Shown piece by piece: positions 12,230-26,177 of a stretch of DNA of 64,000 bases. The stretch covers positions 140,244,001-140,308,000 of the forward strand of contig OX597817.1 in the NCBI GenBank assembly GCA_951406725.2, given 5' to 3'. The stretch comes from Octopus vulgaris (taxonomy: Eukaryota). The stretch's first letter is position 1. Each line of letters starts with the position of its first letter. Made by a program: the position numbers and the translations under genes. The notes beneath the pieces are model-generated. The model saw nothing but the letters and a program-made list of their open reading frames with translations. It made no database searches and had not been told where the DNA came from.

Positions 12230-13110
12230 TAAACACAGAACAAAATATACAGTTTGCAGATATTTGTACACGGAACGCGGAAGCCATAGAAACACTACCT
12301 CAAATTGTTAATAGAAAGATAAATTTTTTTCGAGAAGATTTACTTCTTTTGAAAAAAACTATGTAGCCCTCCAATCAACATTCATGGTGGATTTTTCCAT
12401 AAGGATTTAACCCTCATGATAAAACTATAAAGTTTAAAACTACTCCAGCAGTTTTCATGCTGTCTTCAGAAAATCAACAGGGTAAAGGACAGAAATATCC
12501 TTTTTCGAAAATCAGTTAAAATTCAATAAATATAAAGTAAATAAGCACAGATATCGCTGATATATCTCAACTTTAACTTCTAACGTATGCACTAAGAATC
12601 TACTTCACTACATCAGATTAAGTCAATACTTCTGTAAAACAGTAACGTTGCCAACCTCAATATCGAATACAAAACTCACATCTTAATCCCCCCGGAACCA
12701 CATAACACTCTAAAAAAAATTGATGCTTTACAAGCACTCATCTAAACCTTTCTACAACAGACATTATGATTATTAAACAACTGCCTTTAGTTTAGAACTA
12801 AAACGAAGCATTCATTAACTCTACCCCAGTGGAATATTTTAACCTTCTCAATTAAAAGGAATACTTATTTTTCCAAATTTTATTATGGCTATTATTAGCC
12901 GCTTATCACTAGATTGATGTCATAAACAGTGCTATTAATACGGTCAAATCACCATTAAACCATCTAATACTGAGACAGTCCTCCGGGTTAGAACTTACAC
13001 TATTTTCCTTAGCAACATCCCTCAAATAAAGCGAAACCTTTGAAATGAGCATGGGAGCAAAAGACTCGGCAGGAATAGACGACATTTTTTGGAATATTTG
13101 TGATTAAGTT
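12230..13110 (+). mobile_element. highly decayed Penelope-like RT remnant
   Basis: FEMSMGAKDSAGIDD at ~13039 resembles the PLE RT 'FDVTMG..D.AE' motif; no intact ORF. Confidence 0.4.
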
Positions 13111-13529
13111 GTCATGCAATGAATTTTGTTTCCATATTTAGCGTTTCGTGTTAGGAAACTGGTATAAATCTTCGAAGCTTGAACAGAATCAATCAATCAA
13201 TAAATAAATAAATAAATAAAGAGGCACTCTGGAAAATTCTTCTACAAATTCATTAAAGAGTTAAGATTTACAATTGCAGAAGAGAACCACCAAAAAGCAA
13301 TTCATTTCTAAAGTGTCAGTTTAATTTGAATAATCGATACATTCCCCACCACCTAAAAAAGAGAAAAAACACAGAAATTTTTTGATAGCCAAACAAGTAA
13401 TTTAACACTCCGAAAACATTATTAATAATTTACAACTATATTTTTGAGAATCTCAACATAATACTGAAACGAAGAAACTAACCAGTATATACTTAACTGC
13501 AAATGTTTCAAATTGACACATTTACAAGA

Positions 13530-14215
13530 TGTTGTGGAAAGATTCCGACCATCTGCAAGTGACTGAAAATGAACTGACACATTGCTATAAGATAAAGAAC
13601 CGTGAGCAATCGATTAGTAAGCAGTTCACTGCGAGCCGTTAGCTGAGAACGTTTAACCCCAGGATATAAAAGTGATCACGAGTTGTTCAAAGCTTGCGTT
13701 GGACGTTTAGAATTTTTTTGGGGTACCAAACCAAAGAAAAATCGTTTTAACATGGAAGACTTATTGGCTTTCTTAGTGCAGTTGTAACAACAACAAAAGT
13801 TGTTGCAACAGCAACTTTAGCTGCAACAACAGCAGAACCAACAGCTGCTGGAAGTAATATTGAAGAAATCGGAATACATTGCAGGTTCGTACTCGCCAGA
13901 CAGCGTAGCAAATTCAATTGAAGAATTCGGCTATAAACCAGAAGAAGGGATTACATTATCTGCATATTTTCGGAGATACGAACAAATTTTCAAAGAAGAA
14001 TGTAAAAATTGGTCAGACGAGAAAAAGTACAACTACTTTTAAGAAAGCTATTCCCTGCTGAACACGAACAATATAGTAATTATATGTTGCAGAAGAAACC
14101 AGGTGAGATTTGTCTGGATGGAGCAATTCATTTTTTATCAAAAGTTTTCAATGAAAGTAGTTCCCTGTTCAATACTCACTGGCAGTGTATAAGTTTGATA
14201 TAAAAAAAAAAGATG
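13530..14215 (+). mobile_element. Ty3/Gypsy LTR retrotransposon remnant (putative LTR + gag N-terminus)
   Basis: From ATG 13752: Q-rich leader, then SIEEFGYKPEEGITLSAYFRRYEQIF..WSDEKK/VQLLLRKL..HEQYSNY..SSLFNTHWQCISL, typical of invertebrate Gypsy gag; stops and a frameshift. Confidence 0.7.
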
Positions 14216-14310
14216 ATGTAATAAATCACATTTCTACAGCAAGAGCATATGAAACTGTATGTTTCTTGCTTATTGTCCGGATAAAAATAAATAAACAAGC
14301 ATTCTCAACA

Positions 14311-14765
14311 GGTGTAGGAGTGGCTGAGTGGTAAATAGCTTGCTTACGAACTACATGGTTCCGGGTTCAGTCCCACTGCGTGGCACCTTGGGCAAGTGTC
14401 TTCTACTACAGCCTCGGGCCAACCAAAGCCTTGTGAGTGGATTTGGTAGACGGAAACTGAAAGAAGCCCCTCATATATATTGTGAGTGGATATATATTGT
14501 GAGTGGATTTGGTAGATGAAAACTGAAGGAAGCCCGTCGTATATATATGTATATGTATGTGTGAATGTGTTTGGTCCCACCCCCAACATCGCTTGACAAC
14601 CGATGGTTGTTTGTTTACGTCCCCGTAACTTAGCGGTTCGGCAAAACAGACCGATTGAATAAGTACTAGGCTTACAAAGAATAAGTCCTGGGGTCGATGT
14701 GCTTGACTAAAGGCGGTGCTCCAGCATGGCCACAGTAAATTGACTGAAACAATTAAAAATAAAAA
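14311..14765 (+). mobile_element. tRNA-derived SINE family B (with internal tandem duplication ~14433-14535)
   Basis: A box TGGCTGAGTGG, B-box-like GGTTCAGTCCC, CCTTGGGCAAGTG core, 3' ...CTCCAGCATGGCCACAGT..ACTGAAAC; also at 39905 and 41395. Confidence 0.88.
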
Positions 14766-14963
14766 CGAAAAAAAGAGATGCCTTTGAAGAATCAACACAC
14801 ATCGGGTGTGTTGAATCTTAAGATATTATAAACCCATTAATTTCGCTAATAGGTGACCCTCCTTTCACAAAGTGCTGTTGAAATAAAATACTATTCACTT
14901 TCTTCGCGTAAAACTTCGCATCGACGAATTCATATTTTATGCTTTAAGTTCTTCGTACATTCC

Positions 14964-15199
14964 TATATATTTCTTTACTACCCACAAGGGGCTAAACATA
15001 GAGGGGACAACAAGGACAGACAAAGGTATTAAGTCAATTACATCGACCCCAGTGCGAAACTGGTACTTTATTTATCGACCCCGAAAGGATGAAAGGCGAA
15101 GTCCGCCTCGGCGGAATTTGAACTCAGAACGTAACGACAGACGAAATACCGCTAGGCATTTCGCCCGGCGCGCTAACGTTTTTGCCAGCTCGCCGTCTT
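14964..15199 (-). mobile_element. SINE family A, full length, with 16-bp target-site duplication
   Basis: AGTTCTTCGTACATTC at 14947-14962 and 15200-15215 flanks the copy. Confidence 0.92.
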
Positions 15200-15738
15200 A
15201 GTTCTTCGTACATTCTTATAGTAACACGAATCTTATGCTTGCCTGTATTCAAATAGCTTTTACGTACTTTGATTTCATCAAGGTCTAATATATATATGTT
15301 CATATTTTTTCCGTAATTTATATTTTTTATTCTGTTTGCATATCCATATTAAAGGTTAAACAATGTTTACGAAAAGCCGTTTTAAAAGCTTTTTTGTGTG
15401 TGCCCAAGTATATGTAATCGTTCGGTTACAATATAAGTAGAATCATACGTTTTTGAAATTACAAAAGAAGGCGATATTTGTATTAAATGTGTGATTCGTG
15501 TACGAATCAGTTGAAGCTAACAACTGTAAAATAACTTCTGAAATATTTCATTATTTAATTGTATACAATTTTCATTCTATCAACAGAAATATTCCTATAT
15601 TAACATACAAGACATAGGAATTACTAATCTGTTTAGTTATTAGTAAAAGAGATATAACTGCACATCTGTTTATATATTAGTAAAGATTTTCTATGTAAAA
15701 CCTTTCTATTATTATTTTTTCCCCGTACAAATATTCAT

Positions 15739-15806
<68 letters not shown>

Positions 15807-16228
15807 AATATATGTTCTTTTTTCGATATACACCAGCAAAAAGCAATATTTCCAAAAGATGAGTTCATGTAAAGTTTTACCCTCTAATCTTTTTAATCCG
15901 ATTTAGCTGTACGTGATTCTATTATACGCTATAGCAGCTACGAGCCATCATATCTAACACGAAACATATCTTAGTTTCTTCATAGAATATATAGTTTTGT
16001 GTATGAAAATCTGCATTTGTGCACATACGCACACACAAATATAACATAAACACACAAAAAAATGTTATATCATATGTATATCTGTGTGTGTATACATACA
16101 TGAATCACTACAATTGTTTCTGCGCAACGTAGTTCTCCAGGCGTGCAGGAACTTGATTATGCAACTGTTTCCCTGCATTATGAGATCTAGTTGTATAGAT
16201 CTACTACACGCACACATACATCTATATA

Positions 16229-16311
<83 letters not shown>

Positions 16312-16439
16312 ATGATGAAAAGGAACACACGAGTTGATATATATGAAAAAATAAGTCAAAATAGACCTCGAACCCACAAGTGTGAACAAGAGAGACAGAG
16401 CAAGGCAGAAACAAGGAAAATGCCACTTATATTTGAACA

Positions 16440-16710
<271 letters not shown>

Positions 16711-17274
16711 GTATCTATGTATGTATAAACAGTGCGATCGCAGATAGAAAAATAGGTAAAGGTGTACATTCATATTTCAGGAGAGTCCTTGCACCTTTTT
16801 CAGCGCCACATTCAACTCATTAACGTTACACTATCTCATTGCTTAAATTGCCAGCAAATTTAGCGGTCTAACACAACGGGGTAGACCAATGAACATGAGT
16901 AACACATCCCTGGCAACTGGTACATTTATATTAATTACTGGTAGGAACAACGTATTTCATTTTGCAACCAGGATATACTTCCGAGTATATTAAGGGGTTA
17001 TAAGTCAATATTGCGTCCTAACTGTGTTAGCAGTGCGACTCCATCACTTTTTAAAGTTTTCTCTACAGACTTTCTATAGGAATTAGAGCCAGCACTGACA
17101 GTTACGCGTTTCGTATACGAATACGTCTATGTAAATATTGCAACACAAGATAGAAAAATAGGTAACTTTAAAATGTGATTAAATCACACTGCTAGCGCAA
17201 GTAGGACATAATATCGACTTTAAAATACTCGGTAGCATATTATAGTTGCAAAAAAAAATACGGTGTATCTACCA

Positions 17275-17286
17275 ACTGTTTGTCTG

Positions 17287-17345
<59 letters not shown>

Positions 17346-17369
17346 GTCTGTCTGTCTGACTGTCTGTCC

Positions 17370-17452
<83 letters not shown>

Positions 17453-17510
17453 ATCTATCTATGTCTATCTATCTATATATATATATATCTGTCTGTCTGT
17501 CTGTCTGTCC

Positions 17511-17588
<78 letters not shown>
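17275..17588. repeat. (TCTA)n/(TCTG)n tetranucleotide array
   Basis: Directly visible. Confidence 0.95.
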
Positions 17589-17956
17589 AGCAAAGATAGT
17601 GCGTGCGAGTGACGAAACCACTTTGAGCATGATCCTGTAAATCGTAAAAGAGAGAGAGCGAGCACTTTGCTCTCATGTGTTTATTTCCTCCTTGAGGTTA
17701 CCGTGGTCTTTTCTGTAGGCTTTTCTTTCCACGGATGAACCTAATCTTGTTTGTTACTTAAAAAAAAATAATAATTTTTTCTTTCTGTGATACACGATCC
17801 CTTTTGATCGCTTTTTTTCTTCCGATCCCTTTTGATCGAAATTTTACATTTGTTTCCTTTTTTTTCTTCTTTTTCCTTTTCCATCTCCGAAAAGAAAAGC
17901 TCTACATTTGTAATTGTCCCCTCTGTGTCCAGCCCTGTGTGGCCAATAAAGAAAGT
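17589..17956 (+). mobile_element. 3' end of an L1/Tx1-like LINE (ORF end + 3' UTR) within (TCTA)n
   Basis: Short ORF tail [16 protein letters not shown]; UTR with repeated GATCCCTTTTGATCG; ends CAGCCCTGTGTGGCCAATAAAGAAA, then (TCTA)n. Clade assignment is from recall only. Confidence 0.55.
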
Positions 17957-17970
17957 TATCTATCTATCTA

Positions 17971-18081
<111 letters not shown>

Positions 18082-18084
18082 GAC

Positions 18085-18262
18085 ATTTCTGTGATACACG
18101 ATCCCAATTGATGGTTATTTTTTCTACCTTTATTTTTCTTTCCCTTTTACGATCCCTTTTGATCGAAAACCTACCCCACTTTTTTTCTCTCCCCCAAAAA
18201 GAAAAGCTCTACTTTGTAATCTGTCCCGTCTATGTGCAGCCCTGTGTCGCTAATAAAGAAAC
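18085..18262 (+). mobile_element. second, shorter 3'-UTR copy of the same LINE
   Basis: TTTCTGTGATACACGATCCC..GAAAAGCTCTAC..CAGCCCTGTGTCGCTAATAAAGAAA, homologous to 17783-17955 and flanked by TCTA repeats. Confidence 0.65.
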
Positions 18263-18714
18263 ATATCTATCTATCAGTCTGTCTATCTGTCTGTCTATAC
18301 GTGTATATGTGTATGTGTGTACGTGTGCGTCTGTTTGTGTGTGTGTGCATGGGTCAGTATGTCGGTGTGTATATGCGTGGGTGTAATATATGCCTATATG
18401 TGTATGTATGCATATTTTATATGTATTTTTAATTTCACTAGTTTTCCTTTGCCTGTTGCTGAAAAATATTCAACTCTCCAGTAATTATAAAGGACGATCT
18501 TCTATAATGTTATATGAATATGAATTCAGCAAATCAAAGCCTTTGTGCAATGCAGAAACAGATGTTATGATCTGCTATTAAAGCCTGATATCCCCCGGTC
18601 CGGCTGTTATGTTATTCTTGGATCAGTCTTATGCCATCACAGGCGAGTAAGTAGAGTAGCATGTTACCATACGGTCTTTGATTTCTCTATATGCTTATGC
18701 AGTTGATTGTTTGT

Positions 18715-19067
18715 TTATTGAGCGAAGCGGTCTTCGTCCCAGTGGGAGAAGTCCGAAACGTGGTCCTTTGCTATTCGTAAGACCCGCAGAAGAGAAAGCA
18801 GGTCAACCGCCGACACCGAGAGCATCGAATGCGCATCCAGGCTCAGCGATTGCGCAGGAAGTCGGGGACAAGAAACAGGAAGAAAGAGTGAGAGAAAGTT
18901 GGAGCGAAAGAGTACAACAGGGGTCGACCCCCCCCCACTGTCGGAGCCTCGTGGAGCTTTAGGTGTTTTCGCTCAATAAACACACACAACGCCCGGCCTA
19001 GGAATCGAAACTGCGATCCTCCGACTGCGAGTGCGCTGCCCTAACCACTGGGCCATTGCGTCTCCAC
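18715..19067 (-). mobile_element. tRNA-derived SINE family D
   Basis: Minus strand GGAGACGCAATGGCCCAGTGGTTAGGGCAGCG..GTTTCGATTCCT (A and B boxes) with a distinct body. Confidence 0.8.
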
Positions 19068-19530
19068 TGTTGCTTGTCCTGAACGTCTCCTTCTCGACTA
19101 TCCCTGCGTTTAAACCAGGGGTACAATTAGGATATGACAGCTGAAGAGAGAGAGAGAGAGAAAGAAAGCTGCATCAGCACTCACCTGGTATATATATATA
19201 TATATAGGTATGTATATATAAATTACAAAATACAAAGTTATATCTTGAGATCGCTAGTGACAACAACACTCAAAATATATAACAGACTGGAATTGTAGTG
19301 CTCAAATGAGCTGTATTCACTTATTAATCTGAGGGGAGGCAATGTGAGCAGTAACTAAAGGAACATTACTAAAATCCACACAGAAAGATCAAGCACATAC
19401 ATATATTCATATATTCATTTATATCTACAGAACAGATATAAAGTCTGATGTTTAAAAATATAATAATATATAAATATATAAACATCATATAAAATATATA
19501 AATATATAAGAATGAATATTGCATATATAA

Positions 19531-19586
<56 letters not shown>

Positions 19587-19612
19587 AGAGAGAGAGAGAG
19601 AGAGCAAGAGGA

Positions 19613-19655
<43 letters not shown>

Positions 19656-20481
19656 TATGCATGAGTGTAATCTTCCTCATATCAATTCTACTGTTTTAAA
19701 TACAACAATATCAAGGGTCGCCGCCTGCTGGGTCACCTGACTCGATAAAGGTAGCAGGCAAACCTTCCTCAAATCACACCGACTGTCTAAAGTATTAGCA
19801 GGGTACAATTACCTCTGTGCAATCTTGGCTATTCTTAAAAAGTAGTGATGGTTACGGCTGGAATGCCTTCCGTCATTGGGTTGCACAATTAGAGTTGACT
19901 TAGGTGAAAGAACAACAATAACAACCACTTTTTGGCTATTCTACCAGAAATAGTAGCCAAATGTCCCTCAAATCACATTTGAATTATCTATGAAATGGAG
20001 CTCATAATATAATGATTTCGAATTTTGGCACAAGGCCAGCAATTTTGGGGGAAGGGTTTAAATCGATTATATCGACACCCCCAGTGCACAATTGGCCCCA
20101 GAAGGATAAAAGGCGGAATTTGAATTCAGTTACCGATTCTGTCAGCTCAGTGTCGACTTGGATACAATAAGCGTAGGAATGATTTTGCTAGTTGTGGTGA
20201 GTAAGAGCTAGCCGAGGGCTAAATAGTAGCAACAACAAGCAATGGTTGGTGAGAAACAAGAAGTGGAAAGGAGAGTTGCATGTGTGTTGGAGAGAAAATA
20301 AAAAAGATTTGATCGATGGAGAGAGAAGAATGATAAAAGAAGGTGGGGGCTGGGTGATGGATGAAAGCCACGACTCCATCACGAGAAACTGAACGAGGAC
20401 AAACTGAGCGAGCGAGCGAGCGAGAGATATTGACAGTTTCGGAGCGATATGACAACGACAAAATATGTACAGTGATGTTGG

Positions 20482-20537
<56 letters not shown>

Positions 20538-22262
20538 GTGATGGTGATGATGATGATGGTGATGATGATGATGATGATGATGAAGTGAAAGAGGAGTAGG
20601 AGGAAGAGGGGGAAGAGAAGGGGTCAGTTACGAGGATTCTTATTTATCAGTAATGTTAAATATGACTTAGTTGTTTGTGTGTGTGAGAGAGAGACAGAGA
20701 GAGAGAGATAGAGAGAGGAGAGAGAGGAATAGAGAGAGAGAGAGAGAGGGAGAGAAGAGAGAGGAAAAGAGAGAGAGAGAGGGACGGAGATGGAAAGAGA
20801 TAAGGGAGAAAGAGAAAGAAGAAGAAGAAGGCGAAAGACTATAGTGCAGACAGCGATAAAAAGAAAAGAAAGTGTGTACGTGTGTGTGCGCGCGCGCGTA
20901 GTGCGTGGCTGAACCGGTCGAGCGGCAAGTAAAATACCTTGTGCTACTTAGTTACTTCCCTTTACTTTCACAGTTCGCATCTGCCCAGGGTCGTCGAGGT
21001 GTTTCATTCTTCTTTGAGTCAATAAAAGGAAGTACCAGTTAAATACTGGGGTTGAATCAATCAGTTACCTCCTCCTCCTCCTCCTCCCGCCCAAATCTGG
21101 GATAATTGCCGATGTTAGAAATGATGAATTGATATCCCTCACTTGATGGTTATTTCAAGCCAGCTCAGCCCTGATCTAGGAGGTGTCTGCCCTTCCATCT
21201 CTGACTATCCTGTCTACATTACCTAAAGTGTCTTAAGGTAACAGAGTGTGCTTTGATAGGCGAATTTAACTGTTATTTCTAGCATACCACGCAACAAAAT
21301 AGAGGCCCCCACATGTTGGCTACATGTTTCTGAGTAGAAACACTAAAGGGTGTCGAAAATATAATTTGCTTCAAACCTCCAGAGTAGGAGTTCAAATCCT
21401 ATGACAGACTAATATTTCATTCCTTGAGGTTGGTAAAATAAGGAGCAGAAATAAGCTGGGAATTCTTTTTAATAATTCATTCTAATTTTAGCACAGGGCC
21501 AGCAAATTTTAGGGGATTGGTAAGTCGATTACATCAAGCACAATGTTCAACAGGTCCTTATTTCATGGACCCTGAAGAAATGAAAAGCAGTTTCGGCCTC
21601 GGCAGCATTTGGAGTTTTTATTTCATAATAAACTCCATTTGTGTGCGGCCCTGTACCAGATCCACCTGTTCTTTTTCTAACAATGCGTGGGAACCTTATA
21701 AGAAATCCACCCTGGTACTTCGTAATATGTGTGGCCACGCACCAGATGCACCCCCACCACAAATTCTTTTAGTTTGACCAAACCAAAACACTATTGCGGT
21801 GGTGGTGAGAAGAAGATATCTGGTGATATTTTGTCTCTAATTCTTGCTGACTTTTATTGTCCAAGTTTAAATCGTGTCGGGTAAAATTTGTTTTCAGTTC
21901 CATCGGCACGTACCAGTCATACACTGAGCCTCAATGAATCTTTGCTTACAAGAAATTAATGATCCTGTCGGCCCGGCGAGATATTATCATCATCATCATC
22001 ACCTCACTAACGACTGTTTTCCCGTTATTTAGCCCTCGGTCAACCTTCATTAAACAACCTATTCTTCTTCTTCTTCTTCTTCTTCTTCTTCTTCTTCTTC
22101 TTCTTCTTCTTCTTCTTCTTCTTCTTCTTCTTCTTCTTCTTCTTCTTCTTCTTCTTCTTCTTCTTCTTCTTCTTCACAGAATGCATCTAATATTTCATTC
22201 TTGAAAAAATAGCCCCCCACCCCCCCAAAAAAACTTCAGAGAATGCCATGAAGAGTAGTTAC

Positions 22263-22398
22263 CTTGCTGCTATTTCCAGCAGGGTCAGTAACCACGTCCA
22301 TAGATATTTCCTCGATGGCGATCTTAGCTTCACCACTTCTCACCAACATTTCCGGAGACAATAACGCAGCAGACATTCCCCAAATACAGTCAGGGTCT
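22263..22398 (-). CDS. candidate coding exon of an unidentified minus-strand gene
   Basis: Non-repetitive island with TTTTTAG acceptor (22400-22399) and AAG|GTAACT donor; open frame (DPDCIWG)MSAALLSPEMLVRSGEAKIAIEEISMDVVTDPAGNSSK, ATG at 22376, phase-0 end. No family recognised. Confidence 0.4.
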
Positions 22399-22451
22399 CT
22401 AAAAACCAACCCCCAAAGAATTCCTATCCCACCCAAATAAAAATGAATAAA

Positions 22452-22516
<65 letters not shown>

Positions 22517-23031
22517 TCCTAAATTCTTCATCAGTCGCGAATTAGATCCCTTTTTCTCTCGTTTTGCTTTTCAATGTTTTGCTTGTAAAGAATGACAAGA
22601 GTGCGAGTGAAAGGTGTGAATGGTTGAGAGGCAGCGGCAAGTGCGAGCGAGATGTTCCATGACCAACAATAAACTGTCAGCCGTGTGTCACAGAAAAAGC
22701 CAGCAGCCGTCCTCAAGTCAACCAACAACAACAACAGCAACAACAGCATTTCACCAACCACCTCGCTCTGCCCCCCCCCTGCCTCAGATCCAACCATCAA
22801 GCCATCATCATCTGGCTTGCTTGCTCGCTTGCTTCATTGCTGCTTGGACCAACTCCATCACTGCTACTGCTGCTGCTGCTGCTGCTGCTGTTGCTGCTGT
22901 TACTGCTGTTGTTGCATCATCAAGATAACAATCGGGTGGCTGGGTGGAAGAAAGAATATAAACAAAAAAAAATAACTAAAACATTAACGAAACAAAAAAA
23001 AAACTCTGTAGTACACTCGACTTTTCGCTAT

Positions 23032-23063
<32 letters not shown>

Positions 23064-23153
23064 TCGTTATCACCAAGAGTAGCAGCGAAACCTTTAGCAC
23101 CATCACCATCCTCCTCCTTCTCATCCTCCTCCTCCTCCTCCTCCTCCTCCTCC

Positions 23154-23196
<43 letters not shown>

Positions 23197-23222
23197 CCTC
23201 CTCCTCCTCCTCCTCCTCCTCC

Positions 23223-23296
<74 letters not shown>

Positions 23297-23409
23297 GCTG
23301 TCACCAACGGCAACGTTAGCAGTAACAGCAGAGCTATGGCAGCAGCAGAAGTACTAGTAGTGGCAACAGTAGCAGCAGTAGTAGTAGTAGTAGTAGTGGC
23401 AGCAGCAGC

Positions 23410-23449
<40 letters not shown>

Positions 23450-23560
23450 CTAGTAGTAGTAGTCCAAGAACAACGCCCACCGTTGTAAATAGTTGAATTG
23501 CACGTTAAAAACCTTGAAATGAGCGAACAACGAACCAGACTCACACACACACACACAAGC

Positions 23561-23599
<39 letters not shown>

Positions 23600-23906
23600 T
23601 ATTTGGTCTTCCCATACATCGAAGTATGTTTTCAGAGACACATTCAACATACGTGCTCACATGCATACATGCATGCATGCATGCTTATATACATATGCAC
23701 ATATACAAACATATAACATGCACATATTCATACAGAGATGTATAGATATATACATACATGCATTTACATACATGCAAACATACATACATATATATATATC
23801 TATATCTATCTAATTATATATACGTGTGTGTGTATGTGTGTCTATACACCTACATGCATACACACGTACATATCTGCATACTTGCATTTGTGTTTATATA
23901 CATATC

Positions 23907-23995
<89 letters not shown>

Positions 23996-24437
23996 ATATA
24001 TATATATATATATATATGCATGCATAAACACATACCTATACAAACATAATTACATACAAGCACATGCATTCTTAACTACATAGACACAGGTGTACATCCT
24101 ATGGATTACCGACCGCCGCACCCCGACTCCGACCATTGATGGTGAGTTTGCAAGTCCAGCACCCAAGAAACACTCTCACTTCCTACCTATTATTACTGTT
24201 AATGGAGCAACAGGATAGACACTATTCCGTATGGAACAAAGTATGGGTGGACTTGCGATCTTGGAGAGAGAATGCAAATCCTTAAGTCATACACTACAAA
24301 AATGATCTCGATATCTGGGACTATAAAAATCTGCAACACCTTTTTAAGGTTTAAAGGATGCTAATTAAAAGAAAATACTTCCCTTCACAACCTTGCTACC
24401 AAACAGGTAGCAACTCTAAATTAAAAGGGAAAAATAA

Positions 24438-24460
24438 TCATACATACATACATACATACA

Positions 24461-24494
<34 letters not shown>

Positions 24495-24995
24495 CATGCA
24501 TGCATGCATACATACATACATACATATATACATACATACATGCATGCATGCATGCATGCATACATACATATATGCATACATACATACATGCATACATACA
24601 TACATACATGCATGCATACATACATACATACATACATACATGCATGCATGCATATATACATACATGCATACATACATACATACACACATATACATACATA
24701 CATACATACATAAATACATACATAAATACATACACACACATACATACATGCATACATACATAAATACATACATAATACATACATACACACACACATACAT
24801 ACATACACACACATACATACATGCATACATACACACACGCACACATACATACATATATACATACACACATACATACATGCATACATACATACATACATAC
24901 ATACACGCATACATACATACATACATGCACATACATACATACATACATACATACATACATACATACATACATACATACATACATACATACATACA
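24438..24995. repeat. (TACA)n degenerate tetranucleotide array
   Basis: Directly visible; source of the HTYI/MYVC 'ORFs'. Confidence 0.95.
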
Positions 24996-25239
24996 TAGAG
25001 AAGCGAATCATTGCCCCCCCCCTACACACGCACAGACTTCCAACGTGTCTTTAAGTATTTATTTCAGTTGTCTACGTTCTGAGTTCAAATTGGCCGCGGC
25101 CAGTTTTGTGTGTCAACCTTCCAGGATCGATAAAATAAAGCAACAGTCATGTATTGCGATCAGTTTAATCGATAACTAATCTATATTAACCAGCAGTGAG
25201 TTATCTAATATGACTCAGTAAAACCTTCATATCCAACCA

Positions 25240-25998
25240 TGCCTGACCACTGCACCTCGACTCCGACCACCGCACCCCGACTCCGACAACCGCACCTCGA
25301 CTCCGACTACCTTACCCCGTGTCTGACCACCGCACCCCGACTCCGATCACCGCACCCCGACTCCGATCACCGCACCTCGACTCCGACCGCCGCACCTCGA
25401 CTCCGACCGCCGCACCCCGACTCCGACCACCTTAGCCCGACTCCGACAATCTTACCCGACTCCGTCCACCGCACCCCGTCTCCGACCACCGCACCCCGAC
25501 TCCGACCACCGCACCCCGTCTCCAACCACTGCACCCCGACTCCGACCACCGCACCTCATCTTCGACCACCTTACCCTGACTCCGACCACCTTACCCCGTC
25601 TCCGACCACCGCACCCTAACCCCGACCACCGCACCACGACTTCGACCACCGCACCCTGACTCCGACCATCTTACCCCGTCTCCGACCACCGCACCCCGAC
25701 TCCGACTACCGCACCTCGACTCCGACCACCCTATCCTGACTCCGACCACCGCACCCCGTCTCCGACCACCGCACCACGACTCCGACCACCGCACTCCGAC
25801 TCCGACCACCTTACCCTGACTCCGACCACCGCACCCCGACTCCGACCACCGCACCCCGACTCCGACCACCGCCCCTCGACTCCGACCACCTTACCCTGAC
25901 TACGACCACCGCACCCCCACTCCGACCACTGCACCCCCATTCCGACCACCGCACCCCCACTCTGACCATCGCACCCCCACTCCGACCACCGCACTCCG
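25240..25998. repeat. GC-rich 20-bp minisatellite (CCGACTCCGACCACCGCACC)n, ~38 units
   Basis: 20-nt periodicity visible; variant units with TTACC/GTCTCC; an isolated unit occurs at ~24108-24135. Confidence 0.92.
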
Positions 25999-26128
25999 CT
26001 TCTCCAGGCCAAAGACATTGCTACCATATTACTGTTTAATTGTTATACTTTATGTTGCTATCACAGACATGTAGACATACACACGTATGCATTTACCACA
26101 CACACACATACACACACACACACACAAA

Positions 26129-26177
<49 letters not shown>

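Noticed and set aside
22685-22975. Cys-rich metallothionein/toxin-like ORF
   Set aside because: The Cys run is a (TGC)n microsatellite; GTG start, no splice or family support.
24358-25179. Long ORFs (273 aa here; also 29757-30844, 42584-43494, 43516-44715, 46463-47359)
   Set aside because: Translations of TACA, CA/TA, CT and TAA microsatellites that lack stops by composition; no domain content.
25240-25998. CRISPR-like array or Pro-rich protein
   Set aside because: Contiguous 20-bp units with no unique spacers; the frame cycles every unit; eukaryotic context.
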